Source of the DNA: Lama guanicoe
Taxonomy: Eukaryota
Reading direction: 5' to 3'
Length of the DNA: 64,000 nucleotides
Assembly: GCA_013239625.1 (NCBI GenBank)
Contig: MU053881.1
Span: forward strand, 6,409,957 to 6,473,956
In this document: positions 1-13,517 of the stretch, in pieces
Layout of the letters: every line of letters begins with the position of its first letter
Numbering within the stretch: the first letter of the stretch is position 1
Translations under genes and position numbers: made by a program
Notes under the pieces: generated by a model
Seen by the model: only the letters and a program-made list of their open reading frames with translations
Database searches by the model: none
What the model was told of the DNA's origin: nothing

Positions 1-157
1 ATACATCACCAGTTCCTGATGATTAGAAATAAAGCTTTTACTCAGCTATGTACAGCCACAGAATCAAAAGAAAAGGATCACTTGCATGGCCTTAACAAAG
101 TTATTTCCCGTTTATGAATTAATACAATATCCTATTCACAAACATATGACTTATACA

Positions 158-295
158 TAAAGTGACCATTTAAGTTATTATCCAAATAGGGACATTTTTG
201 AGAATGAAAGGTGAAGCAACTACCTACCAATTACGGCAGCACAACAAGTGTGAACTGGGACAATCTTAGGCAAATCTGGATGTACAGTCACCCTA
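158..295. mobile_element. MER94-like hAT-Blackjack MITE
   Basis: Ends TAAAGTGACCAT...CAGTCACCCTA are degenerate TAGGGTGACCA TIRs; internal GGGACA repeats; ~135 bp. Confidence 0.75.
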
Positions 296-404
296 TTTAT
301 AAGTTATTATGCTGCCTTTGTTCCCTTGACTTCATAACAATGCCCTGAGAATCTTTCCGAAAGCAATTTGGAAATTTTTAGGAAACAGCTAGTTCAGGAA
401 GATG

Positions 405-409
<5 letters not shown>

Positions 410-435
<26 letters not shown>

Positions 436-492
436 GAAAGAAAGAAAGAAAGAAAGAGAGAAAGAAAGAAAAGAAAAAGAAAGAAGAGAAAA
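410..492. repeat. poly(A) plus (GAAA)n microsatellite
   Basis: Seen directly; explains the K/E-rich ORF 368..556. Confidence 0.95.
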
Positions 493-747
493 GGTGAGGG
501 TGGTGGAAAAAACAAGAATGCATTTCCCAGACAATACAATGACTCAATTTACGTAACTACTTCAAACATCCTCATTTTTTCACTTACTTCATTTTGTTAT
601 ACTATTTGAAATTCTCTGGCACTACTAAGTATCTTCTTTCGAAAAGGCAAATTCTTTCCAGGATAATTCATTCATGCATTAATTGGAATTCTTCACTTTT
701 GACACCTAGAAGATGCTAAGTATCTGGAAAGAAAGCACATTTGTAAG

Positions 748-780
<33 letters not shown>
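748..780. repeat. (TG)n microsatellite
   Basis: Seen directly. Confidence 0.95.
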
Positions 781-783
<3 letters not shown>

Positions 784-1261
784 TGCTGTGCACAGTACAG
801 TGATGAAGAAAAGAGAGGTACAGATCATTGCAGAGGATGAAATCCCTCTGGTGGTGACTGATTGTATAGGATGTCAAATCTGGGAGTGAAGAAAAGAAGA
901 GAAAATCTCTAAGACTAACTTGTCTACTTGAAATTTTAAATCCTAAGAAGGAAAGAGAACTTGTTTCCTCCTCAATTTCTGGTGCCCCAGTTTAGGAGGC
1001 CAAAATTCAGGCAATTTCTACTAGTACTACGGTGGATCAGTGTCATTGATTACATAGCTCTTTGTAGATATATTTTTCAAGGAAAATACATTCCAAGATC
1101 TAAACAATCACATTTTAAGTAACATTTGGAATGTACTTATTGGTGAAATTTTGTAACCAACAAAAGCAAAACTGATGTTTATCGTATAGTTGACTTGAAC
1201 AAGTAAAGGGAATTAAGAACAAAGTTCAAATACAGCTTTTGATAGATATTCAGAAGCCAAG

Positions 1262-1266
<5 letters not shown>

Positions 1267-1294
<28 letters not shown>
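1267..1294. repeat. (TG)n microsatellite
   Basis: Seen directly. Confidence 0.95.
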
Positions 1295-1298
<4 letters not shown>

Positions 1299-1367
1299 TA
1301 AAAAAGATTCTTCCTTACCCAATTTTAAAATTTAAAATCTAATTTTAATGGATTAAAAATTACAATG

Positions 1368-4246
1368 AGGGATTCAGATCAAGATGCTGGAATAGAAGAA
1401 CATGGAGTTTATAAACATATCAAAAATATATCTATATTAGGAGAAATTCTCACTGAATACTAAATGGAGACTTGCTAAAAGACTCTTGTACAACCAAGGT
1501 TGTAAGAGAGATCCACATGGACTCAAGTAGGGAGGAAAGTGACATAATCAGGTCAAGACCTGTGCCCCTGGGAGGGGACAAAGAATAGGACGGGATCCTC
1601 CCTAGGGAGTGAGCAGTTCAAGCCACATATTAGGTGCCCCATCCATGTGGTCCAATACCAGTAAGACAAGTTGTCTTAGCTGGTTAGAAAACCAGTGGGA
1701 CTAACAGAAAGGCTGTAAGAAACCTAGATTCTGCTGGTGAAGGGCATGCACACACATGCTTATTCCTGAAACAAAGCAGAGAAAGAGTGAAACTGCCCTA
1801 GACTTTTGCATGTTTCCAGGAACTGTCCCAGTACAAGCACCAACCTGACTTAAACACCCACCCTGGCCCCGCATGTTTCACAACACAGCTCCACACTAGG
1901 GCTACAGCTGCAGCAGCCGAGGGGAGTGCTCAGTTGTGAGGGACAAAGGTGGCTCAAACCTGGGACAGGTTCTGAATAGGGTCATTACTGGTGCTTATGG
2001 ATGTGATCCAGAACTCTGACTGCAGCTGGGACTGTCACAGTCTTGTGCCCAGATCCACACCAAGGGCCTGCTCCAGCCCCTTTTGCTCCAGCACTGCTCC
2101 CCTCTGGGTCAAGGGTGCCAGTGGTGGGAGGAGGGAGAACACACACATAGAAATAACAGAGCCAGCTCAGACCCAATACTCAGGGCTTCCATTTCAGCAA
2201 CCAAATCCCAGCCCTGATCCAATAGGGTGGTGACAGCCACTGAGAAGAGGAAAAGCAAAAACTAAAAGAGTTCATCAATACTAAACCATCCATAAAAGAA
2301 ATGTAAAAGGTATTCTCTAAGTGTAAAAGAAAAGGTTCTAACAATAAGTCTCTATAGGAAAGGACAAATCCCACTAGGAAAGGCAAATGTATAGTAAAGG
2401 CTGAAGATCAAACACTCAAATGAACTGGTAGAAAGATTAAAAAGCAAAACACTGTAAAATCAACCATAACCACAATAAATGTTAAAGGGATAAACATTTA
2501 GCTATAAAATATGACATTAAAAGCACGAGGGGAGGAAAAAATATGGATTCTTGAACTTAAATGAACACTAGTTTAAAACAAGCAGATACATTTATAGGCC
2601 AACATATATGAACCCCATGGTAACCACAAGTCACAAATTTACAACAGACAAAAACTAGAGTGAAAGAAACACAGGGATACTACTAAAAACAAACAAAAAA
2701 ACCCACCAAAAACCTGCCAAACCAGAAAAGAATTAGCTAAAAGAAGATAAGAAAAGAACTACAAAACAACCAGAAAACAAGTAAGAAAAAGGCAGTAAGT
2801 ACATACCTTTCAACAATCACTCTAAATGTAAAGGACTAAATGCTCCAATCAAAAGACGTAGGGTGGCTAACTATATAAAAAACAAGACCACCTATATGCT
2901 GCTCACAATAGATTCACTTCAGAGCTAAAGATACACACAGACTAAGAATGAGAAGATGGAAAAAGACGTTTCATGCGAAAAGAAACAACAAGAAAGCTGG
3001 GGAAGCAATACTAAAACAAAGACTGTAACAAAAGACAAAAAAGGGCATTATAAAATGATACAGAGATCAAAACAAAAAGAGGATATAATACTCATCAACA
3101 TATATACAACTAAGTCAGTATAGCACCTAAATAAATAAAATAAATATTAACAGACATACAAGGAGAAGGTAACAATAATGCAGTGGTTGTAGGGGATTTT
3201 AACACCTCATTACATCAATGGACAGACAGAAAATCAATAAGGCAACAGTGGTCTTGGCACATTACATCAGTTGGACTTAAAAGGTATTTACAGGACATTC
3301 CATCCAAAAAAAGGAGAAAACGCATTCTTTTCAAGTGCACACAGGATGTTCTCCAGGATAGATCACATGCTAGGTCACAAAAAAGTCTCAACAAATTTAA
3401 GAAAACAGAAATTATATCAAGCATTTTTTCCAACCACAAAGGTATAAAATTAGAATTCAATTACATGAAAAAAATTAGAAAAATCAGAAACACTTGGAAA
3501 CTAAACAACATGCTACTAAAATACCAATGGGTTAATAAAGAAATGAAAGAAGAAATAAGAAAATACATGGAGACAAATGAAATGGAAACACAACTTCCTA
3601 AAAATCTATGGAAAGTAGCAAAAGCAGTTCTAAGAGGGAAGTTTACAGCAACACAGGCCTTCCTCAAGAAACAAGAAAAATTTCAAATAAACAACCTAAC
3701 CTACCACCTGAAGAAACTAGAAAAAGATGAACAAAGCCCAGAGTCAGCAGCAGGAAGGAAATAATACAGATCATTAAGGAAATAAATAAAACAGAGACAA
3801 AAATAGCAACAGAAAAATAATCGATGAAACAAAGAGCTGGTTTTTTGGGGGGAAAAAAAATAGAGAGGACCTAAATAAACAAAATAAGACACGAAAGAGA
3901 AATAACAACTGATACCACAGAAATAAAAAAATTTAATGCTACAGTTATACGTCAACAAACTGGACAATCTAGAAGAAAGGGACAACATTCTAGAAACATA
4001 CAACCTTCCAAGACTGAAGCAGGAAGAAAGACGATCCGAACCAACTAATCACTAGTAGTAAAATGGAATTTGTAATAAAAAAACTCCCAGCAAACAGCAG
4101 TCCAGGATTGGATGGCTTCACAGGGGAATTCTACCAAACACAGAAAGAAAAGCTAATACCGATCCTTCACAAACTATCCCAAAAAACTGAACAGGACAGA
4201 ACACTCCCAAATTCACTCTACAAGGTCACCGTTACTATCCTGCAAA
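1368..4246 (+). mobile_element. LINE-1: 5'UTR, ORF1 C-terminal stub, inter-ORF region and degenerate ORF2 (endonuclease to start of RT); 3'-truncated
   Basis: 5' end TCAAGATGCTGG; ORF1 tail KQKLKEFINTKP at ~2253; ORF2 endonuclease start at ~2790; ORF track shows VVGDFNT, SIFSNHKGIKLE and SPGLDGFTGEFYQT. Confidence 0.9.
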
Positions 4247-4254
4247 AGTAGTAA

Positions 4255-5330
4255 TTTTTTATTAGTTCTAATAGTTTTTCAGAGGATTTTTAAGATTTTC
4301 TATATACAAGGTCATGTCATCTGGAAGAGAGAGAGTTTTACTTCTTCCTTTCCAACCAAGATGTCTTTTACTCACTTTGTTGTCTAGTTTCCCTGACCAG
4401 AACCACCTGTGTAATGTGTAACATAAGAGACATCCTTGTCCTGCTCCTGACTGCAGGGTGAAAGACTTATAAGCTATGGGATCTAGTTTGCTGGCATTAC
4501 TTTCTAGGGGGGCTTTCTGCATCTGTATTCAGAAGACGCTGGTATTTGATGACAAACGGTTACCTTACCTCACTTTACTTAAGTGATCTTAATGATATTG
4601 AATCTTCCAATTCATAAACATGGTATATAAGTCCATTTATTTGGGGCCTCATTTAATTTTTTTCAACAATGTTTTAGTATTTTCATAGTACAAGTCTTAT
4701 AAACCTTTCATTAGATTTATTCCTCTGTACTTTATAAAGGGTTTTGGGGCATTATTTTAGATACTTTTTAAATTAAAATTTCCAACTGTTCATACATCCA
4801 AAAAATTTTTAAATATGCCATCTGTACATATGTGAGCATCTTTAAAGTATATTATTAGAATTTGTATTCCCTGATCCAAGAGTATATGTATTTTTAACTT
4901 CCCTAATTATTGCTAAACTGTTCTCTAAAGAGGTTTCAACAATTTGGATTCTATTAGTAGTATAAAGTGTTTGCTATTTCACTTCCTGACTAATACTTAC
5001 ATTAGTCAGACTTTTTAATCGTCTCCAGCTCATAGGTATAGTATGGTACCTCACCAAAGCTTCAATTTGCATTTCTCTGAGTCCATGGAAGGATGAACAA
5101 AAAATTTTTTCATACTTGCTGGCAATTTTGATTTCCTCTTCTGTGAATTGTTTATTCAAATCTTTTGTCATTTTTCCGAGTTGCTTTTCTCTCATTCATG
5201 CAGAGAAATTATTTACATAACTGGATATTGATTCTATTTTAAGTTACATATATTACAAATATCTTACCCTGTCTACAGGCTGTCTTTTTACTTTGTTTAT
5301 TGTATCTTTCTGATTCATAGAAGTTTCTAC
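4255..5330 (-). mobile_element. Old L1 fragments (RT core and 3' region)
   Basis: ORF 4268..4522 reads SGAGQGCLL...LSLPDDMTLYIENLK, a degenerate form of the QGCPLS and FADD motifs; L1 3'-region sequence follows. Confidence 0.8.
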
Positions 5331-5599
5331 TTACTGAGGAGATAAACAATCCCATTTGCCACTGTATCCCTGGTCTTAATATATAGTAGCTACTTATTAA
5401 TATTCATTAGATAATGAGTAGAAATATGCAAGCAGGAAATACACAGGAGCATATACACATTATGTCATAGAGTAGAATACAGTGCCAAAAGAAAAGGTTG
5501 CAAAGGTAGACAAAGTATGACCATAAGACGAAATTTATTTTGTAAATAATGGGAAATCAGTAACAATTTTAAGCAGAGACATGGCACAGGAAGAAAACT

Positions 5600-6270
5600 G
5601 TTTCCTTGGGACTGGCAAAATTTGAAGTCTGACAAAGCAAGTATTATGACAATATACAGCAACAGATACCTAACTCTGCTGGGGGAGGAAGCTAAACTTT
5701 ATAACACTTAGAAGGGCAACTTGGTAGTATCTTGTAAAGCTGAAGATATGAACATTCCACAAGCTAACAACTCCATTCCTAGTATTTAGCTTCAAGAAAT
5801 TCATACATATGCATGAGGAAATAGCATTAGAATTATTTACTACAATATTTTTTGTACACTTTAAAATTGGAAACACCTAACATATACTAATAGAAAAAAT
5901 GAATATATAATGGCACAGTAATATACTGTAATATCATTCAATAATTAGTATACTAATTAGAACTATATGCAGCATCATGAATAAATCTCAAAAACAACAT
6001 TAATCAAAAAAGGCAAGTTTCTGAATAATTTTCTATAAAGTTAATAATATTATGTTTTGTTTATAAATATATAGAAATGTAGGAAAAGAACAAAATCATG
6101 CAGAAAAATAACACTAAATTTAGGATAATGTTACTTTTGGGCAAGAAGTGAGAAGAGCAGTAGGTTTTCAACGTTTAATTTTAGAACATATAGATCTGAA
6201 GCAAATATGGCAAAACATTCAGATTTGACAAAGCTAGATGACGACTTACGAATATTCATTACATTCATTA
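5600..6270 (+). mobile_element. Old L1M(E)-type 3' fragment
   Basis: Degenerate match to L1 ORF2 C-terminus and 3'UTR (caactccattcctagtattt...ttggaaacacctaa). Confidence 0.6.
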
Positions 6271-6654
6271 TTCTCTCTGGTCTTTTTACTGAAGAAAAGA
6301 ATACCCTGGTGGCAGTATGGAGAATGGACTGGCGTGGGAAGAAGGCAAAATGGAAACAAAGAGTATAACCATAACACTTTTGAAACCTAGTGAGAAATAA
6401 AAAGCAGTAACAATTAGGATAAAAAGGAAGGGGACTGAGAAAGGACTGAAACAGAGATATTTAGAAAATAAAACCAGTAAGATTAGGTGACAGATCAGAT
6501 GTAGAAGTAAGAACAAAGTGGAAATTTTGGATTCAAAGTCATTCTTCCTCAAAATAGAAAAGTAGGTAGAAAGAATTTTAAAAGATAGTGAGTTTCTCTT
6601 TAAAATCCAGTTGAGTTTCAAGGGCCCGTTCAATATCACAAAGACCCAACAGGG

Positions 6655-6900
6655 GGCAGTACAGCAGAGTGGTTAGCAGCCCAGGCTCTATTGGGTGTCC
6701 TGGGTTCAAATCCAGGTTCGACCACTTAACCATATTAATTAACCATTCCAAGCCTCAGTTTCCATAACTGTAAAAAAAGGTGGGAGTGTTAATAAAAATA
6801 ATTACTTCCATGGAGTTTTTGCGAGATGAAATTACATGCCTATCAAGTGCTGAGCAAAGTCTTTGGCACAGAGAAACTGCTCAATTAATGCCTACAGCTA
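6655..6900 (+). mobile_element. MIR SINE
   Basis: gcagagtggttag...cctgggttcaaatcc...gcctcagtttcc...ctgtaaaa core. Confidence 0.85.
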
Positions 6901-7189
6901 CTATTTATGATTTCTCTTTCCCACTTACAGGACATTCTTCTATACTTCACTTAAGACACTTCAATGATTCCACCTTGGTTCCTGAAGCATTTATTTATAG
7001 AAATTGTATTATTTTGCATCTACAGGCTTTTATAAAATTTTCAAGATGCTTATTAGTGGTATACTTTATTTACAACTGCCAAACAATTTCACTAAAGTCA
7101 GCGTCATTTTCCAACTCAGGAATATACCCTTTATTACCTGAAAGTATTATACCTCAGATCTCGACCCAATTCCTACAGAATTCTACTAA

Positions 7190-7660
7190 AACACATACAT
7201 TCAGCCATTATCTAGTAGTAAGTATACAAACAATATGCCAAGATGTGGAGGTGATGACAGTAAAGAAGGCAAAAACAGTCCTAACCCAAATTACAGTCTA
7301 TTTATGTTTTGCTAACAATACTCACAATGTAGTATAATAATGCTAAAGTAGTAGACAGACAAAAGGAACTCTCCTAGAATTTAAGTTAAGAAGAACATCC
7401 TAAAGGATGGTGTATCTGATGAGAAAGAAAGTAGGAGTTAGCAGAGTAAGGCAGGGAGGTCGAAGTTGGATTTTAAAAAAGTGTCCTAGGCAGAGGAAAC
7501 ATTTTGTCTAAAGGTCTATAATCAACAGAGAACGTAGACTGTTAAAGGAGCTGAAAAAAGTTTAGTGCACACAAATTATGCAGTACAGGTATGGAGTACT
7601 GAAGCATGAAACTGATGACATACACAGAAAAGAGACTGGGAAGAACTTTTTTTATAAGTC
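7190..7660 (-). mobile_element. L2 fragment
   Basis: Purine-rich, degenerate L2 3' antisense sequence (cctaggcagaggaaaca...aaaggtct). Confidence 0.55.
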
Positions 7661-9762
7661 ATACTCTGTAAGATCCAGTTAAATGGCATAATGCTTAAGA
7701 GAGCTTAGTACACTTCCTGGTATAAAATAAGCCCACACTAAACATTATTCACTTAATGATAGTTTAATGCTCTCCCTTTTATGGCCACAATCTGGAATGC
7801 AACAATCTTCTCACCAAAAAATACTTTCCATTTTAGTTGACTGCCAGAAAAATAGTATGTAGAGAACTTATAAATGTCTTAAACAATGTATCCTTTCATT
7901 TGTAAAATGGGAACAATAATACCCCCCTTGCAGGCTTGTCAGAAGACCTAGAGAGAACGTGAAGTTCCTAGAAGAGTGTCAGCGCACACAATAAAAAAGC
8001 GGGTCCTACTAAGTCAGATCAGTAAACAAGCCAAAAGGAAAAGTGGAAAGCTTTGGCTTCACTTCAGGGTCATGCAGTAGGAAAGCCTTAGAAGTAAAAT
8101 CACCTTGTTGTCTTTGAAAATAGGTAAGAGGCATACACCAAAAATGTTACAGTAAAATTAAAAGAATCAAAATTGATCTGATGATGTGTTTATGTTTTCC
8201 TAATACGTAAGCAATTTCAGAAAAGAAAAACTGATCTTTTATAATTCACTTTTTCATAATTACCTTATATTAAAAGCTATATACATAACAAGAATCTCTG
8301 GGGAAAAATTTCTCAAATCCCATCACCCTAAAACAATTTCTTTCATTTTACATATTTATTTCCAAGTCCTTCAAACACAATAATTTGAAGACTTTTCCAT
8401 TCCATACTGTACTCTTCTGATTTAAGACCCGGACTAAATGGATAAGTAATGTTTCAAGAGTATTCACTTTTGCAAAAGCAAAATAACAAACTCTCTGGGT
8501 ACATTTAAAACAAGACAATTTATCATAATTCAATTTATACTCAACCTTCGAGTAACACGTCTGGGATTTTAAAAGATGTATATCTGGTATAAATTTCGTG
8601 CTATGAATACTATGAATTTCTCTCTGATTCTAATTTGTCTTAGTGTCAACCTAAATCATTTATATCTATCTCCTCCTTTTTCTCCCTAGTGGTCTCATTC
8701 AATGTTAGTTTCATTCTATGAAAATTTTGTTTATATTAATCCTAAATGAAAAAAAACTCTAAATGACAATAAAATATCACAATATATTTCACACACAAAA
8801 AAGCATCAAGCTATATCACTTTGCTAAAAAGCAAAGAAAACTTTACCTGAAATAAACTAAAGGATGATCTTAACAAAATCAAATACTTTCACACTACTAC
8901 ACAACTACTTACTAACAGAAAACCATAAATGAACTGAAGCAGTAAGCTAAATTTCCCAGGGGAAAAAAGCTCAGTTCAATATAAAAAGCTTATTCTAGAA
9001 TTTTCAAATAAGGAATCCTTCAACATTACTAGTACAGAGCATAGATCCAAAGGAGGTAAGGATATCTTTAGGACTTCCTACAGAAAAGATTTAGGGAAGA
9101 ATTATTATTCCAGGAAGAAAAATTTTTTAAAAACCTCATAGATCTTATTCAGTGTCACAAGTACTGCTAAATGTCTGGTTAGGATTCACATAAATGCCCT
9201 CAATAATCCCTCAATGCCTTAAGAGCAATTCATCTAAACTTGCTGATGCTAAACTTTCAAGTACCACAGTACAAATGTTCCCCACATGAGGGTAAGTTAA
9301 CTGTGGCCTCTCAAAGCATGTCATATTCTTCTTGTCCTCATCATTTATCATGTAAAAATGCCGAGGAATGACTGAAAAATATATACTGGAAACCACGTAA
9401 ATAAATATTCAAGAAAAACTCAGAACAACTATAAGAGTAAATCTTTTTTAAAACTTGAAACACAATACAATAAGGCAAAATTCATTAAGGTGTTTAAAAT
9501 AATCTTAACTATTTAATGATTAGCCACATAAAAAATATTCACTAACTCTGCCAATCAATCTTTAAAGACAATGGTAAATCTGGGCATAAAACGAGCAATG
9601 TCACAATGCCTTCAAACACCAATTAATCAACTGATTTCAACTAATCAACTAAATTTCTTATGTAGAAATTGCCCAAATATACCTTTCAGCTTAAAGCTGT
9701 TATATGTGAACATCTTTCTTCATCTTTAATAATATTTGTTTTGATCACTAGTAAAAACCTAC

Positions 9763-9898
9763 CTTTGAGGTTCTTTGAAGTTGATCACCAACATATGTTT
9801 TACGAAACTGATCCAAGAACCAGAGAACTGCAAGCTCTATTTTCTCATTAGAACACTGAGGCAGTCCGGCATCCATTAAAGATATAAGCTGAAAAACT
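9763..9898 (-). CDS. RANBP17: RANBP17 coding exon (~exon 14), (R)VFQLISLMDAGLPQCSNEKIELAVLWFLDQFRKTYVGDQLQRTSK
   Basis: Acceptor TTCATGTAAAG|A, donor AAG|GTAGGT; 136 nt, phase 2 to 0. Confidence 0.96.
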
Positions 9899-10859
9899 CT
9901 TTACATGAAGGAAAAAAAAATCAATAATAATTCTTAGAGAAAGAACATTAAAACACTTACTATCAATTTTATATAATATATAATCACTATAAAAAGTGGA
10001 AAAATACAAAAGCTTATAAAGAAAATATTTAAAGAATCATCTGAAATCCTACCAAGAGATACTACAATTTGGTCTAATTCCTTCTAGCTTTCTCATAAGA
10101 AATACATATACATATACATGCATACAAACCTACATAAACATACATTTATAATTTTGCTAAAAATTCATATATAAATACATGACATATATAAATATATATG
10201 CATAGATATAAGTAAATATCTACAATTATAAATGTTATATAAATATAGATATTAACATATATTTACATATATAATATTTTAGTAAAAGAAAATGACACTG
10301 AATGTGTAGTTTTGTATTATACTTTTTCATTACAACATATTTTCATATAACTATATATTTTGGAATCACAGAATTCAAAACACACACAAAAAATCAGGAG
10401 GTACATCCATCCAGCTATATCGCTTTCTTAATGAGAAATAAAAATTTTACCTGAAATACATTACAAGATGATCTTAACAAAATCAAATATTTTCAATACA
10501 TGTATGCAACTATTATTAGAAAATCATAAATGAACTAAAGGCTAAGTTAAATTTCTTAGAGAAAAAGCTTAATAAAAAAAAAAGCTTAGTCTAGAAACAC
10601 CCTCTACTATCTATTTTAATTAAAAATTTCCAGTAGATGGCTGTCAAGTATCTGGTGCTAAGAAAATCAGCAAATCGTAATAATCTTTTTAAGAGACGGA
10701 AGCAGAAGTTTTGGAGGAAATAGCACCCTATTTCTCCTTTTTCTAACTGCACAAAGGCAGCTATACCTAGCCCTAACCCACTTATTTCCTTTCCTGTATG
10801 CACGCAAGCGCGCGCGCACACACACACTACTAATAGTTCGTCGTTTCAGAGATTTTTTA

Positions 10860-11990
10860 AATGTATGTACAAGCAAATATGACTATATATTCTCCTTCTA
10901 GTTCTTTTACACGTATGGAGCATACTATACTGTTACATTGTTAAACCTAGCTTTTTCCATTTAATAATATATCTTACACATTTTTCCATGTCAGATATAA
11001 AAAGTTTCCTTATTTTCTTTTGCAGCTCTTTATCACTCCATTATATGAACATACCACATTATTTTCAAACAATAGTGTCCTACTGATGGACACTAAAGTT
11101 GTTTATTTTTTGCTGCTACAAAAACGCAGGAATTAATAATCCTGTACACATTTCACACACGTACAGTTACAATATACACCTCTAAATGTCAAACAGCTTA
11201 AACAATATGAATTTTATTATTTGATAGCCATTACTAAATTGCCTTCCAAAGAAATTGAAACAATTTATACTCCCATCATCAGTATATGAGTGTCTATATA
11301 CACATGGATAATTCAAGGTGATATTAAACTTTAAAATTTACTGAAATCTGAAAAATTATATCTCAGTAAAGTTTTAATCTGTATTTTTCTCATGAATGAG
11401 AAGTTCAAATTTTTTCCATGTTCTTGAGCCATATGTATGTCCTTTCCTGTGACCTGTTTGCTCATATCCTTTGTTGATTTTTTTCTATTGGGTTATCTTT
11501 CAATTGCTAATTTCTACAAATTCTTTAGATATTAGAAAAACAAGCCCTTTGCCTGTGACTGAGATGTAAATATTTTTCCTTGTTTTTCATTTGTCCCTTG
11601 GCTTTGATTATGGTGTTTTTTTAATGCCATGCATAAAATTTTTTTTCTTTTTCTTATGCAGAAAATCTTACCAATTTTTTCTCTTCTGGATTTTGCATAA
11701 TAACAAGGTCTTACCTGAATCCGAGGTGTTTCTATGTTTCATCATTTTACATTTACCTCTATGATACATTTGAACTTATCCTGAACGTATCTTGTGAGAT
11801 ATGCATCAACATTTTTCCCCAGATGGCTACCCAGCTGCTTCAACACCATTTCTTTCTTATATAGTCTATCTTCTGCTCAGCATTTTGAATTACCCCTTAT
11901 CATATACAGTAGGTTCATTTACGCATTTAGATTACTTACTGGACCTTCTATTTTATTCCACTAATACATCTCATTAAATATATCTTGCCC
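10860..11990 (-). mobile_element. Old L1M(E)-type 3' fragment
   Basis: Antisense L1 3' motifs (tactgatggacact, caatttatactcccatcatcagtatatgag, cccagctgcttcaacaccattt). Confidence 0.7.
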
Positions 11991-12859
11991 AATCATTTTT
12001 TATACAACTAAATAATTTTCCAAAACATTGTATATTAAGGCTATGTCAAATTTTTAAAACCTCATTTTTAATATAAACTTATATTTCACTGAAATGTAAC
12101 TACTGTCCTCTTCCCTCCCAGCAAAGAGTTTCAGAAACAAAATGTCTAGGTTACAGAAAATGAACTTAAAAAAACTTGGTACTTACTGCCAACATGTTAT
12201 GAAAAAATATTTTGACAACCATTTTTATAGTTACTGTTTCCTGTATTAAGCTACTTATTTAAAAGTACCTTTCACTTACTAAGTATCTTTAATACCATTA
12301 AAATTCATGAAGGAAAGCTTAATAAAGGTCAAATTTAAGAATCAGATTACTATTGAGGTTTGTTAGTTTTTCCTAAGACGATGAGTTTATTCTCTAATTT
12401 TGAGAGGAGAGACCAAACTGATTTTTAATGTCTGCGTATTGGTGAGTACACAGACTGCTGAAGAAATTTTTAGTTAGATAGATACACACATCAAACTTCA
12501 TTTCCGGATCCAGGTGATTTTTCAAGTGATTTTTAAATAAAGTATAACTTGCTTTCAAATTCTGTATTGAGTAGGACCTCCCTTCTCCTACTCTAGTTCT
12601 TTGTCAATTCTATATACTGGTCTGTTTACTTTTACTTCCTTTTTATAGCATACATTCCCAAAAACTGAGGAAGACATGAAACCAAAAGACAAGTTTGTTG
12701 GGGTGCCTTCACAACTCATTTTAAGCTGATGATTTGCATTTGCCTAAGAGGCAATGACATCTGCAACAGGAGAGTAGGAAAGAGTTCCCAGAAAGGTACA
12801 TGACCCATTTGCTTAATAAGCTTTGAAAGTTGCACAAGAAGTTCAGCTTCCAGTGCCTG

Positions 12860-13235
12860 AAATTCAAAATAACAATAACTTAAACTATACAGATATTTAT
12901 TCTCTCTCAGGCAAAAATCCAACACAATGTTCTAGGACTAGCTGGTGTTCCACAGTGTAACAGGGACTCAGGTTCCTTCTATCCTGTTGTTACACTTGCC
13001 TCCATTCACCGATTTTATTGTCTAAGACGGCTTCTTCAGCTTTACTCATATGAGCATATATGTTACACATACTACATTCACTTACATTCCAATTGCCCAG
13101 AACATAATCATTTAACCATATCTAGCTGCAAGAGATTCTAGGAAATCTAGTCTTTATTCAGGTGGCCAATGCCCAGCAGAACATTTCAAGTATTCTATTT
13201 CTGCAGAAGAAGGAAAGAAGAGATATGAGACAACT
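12860..13235. mobile_element. MaLR solo LTR (MLT1J/K-like)
   Basis: cagggactcaggttccttctatc...tctagctgcaagagattctaggaaatctagtcttt resembles MLT1. Confidence 0.6.
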
Positions 13236-13517
13236 AGTAGCCTCTATCACAGTGCCCTTCAAAAATCTGCTGCCACCTCTAACCAGTGCTTAAGACCAAA
13301 GCTTGTATTGTATACACAAAGTCCACTTTCAGTTTCAGTTTATTGTTCTACACTTATTTTACCTTTATCTTAAATTATCTTTGAAGCATGGAAAAAATAA
13401 AGATAAATATATCATTAAGTAATTTTGATCCAAATATAAGCATAACATTTCAAATACAAAGAAATAAATTTTGGATAATCAATTGTTTTATATTCCCCTG
13501 ACTATCTAATTATGTAA

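Noticed and set aside
368..556. K/E/R-rich ORF
   Set aside because: It is a translation of the poly(A)/(GAAA)n microsatellite
3183..3764. Longest ORF (193 aa) as a gene
   Set aside because: It is a frameshifted piece of L1 ORF2 (endonuclease region), not a host gene or an intact retrotransposon
6780..7337. 185-aa ORF
   Set aside because: GTG start, spans MIR and L2 remnants, no recognisable domain; likely a chance ORF
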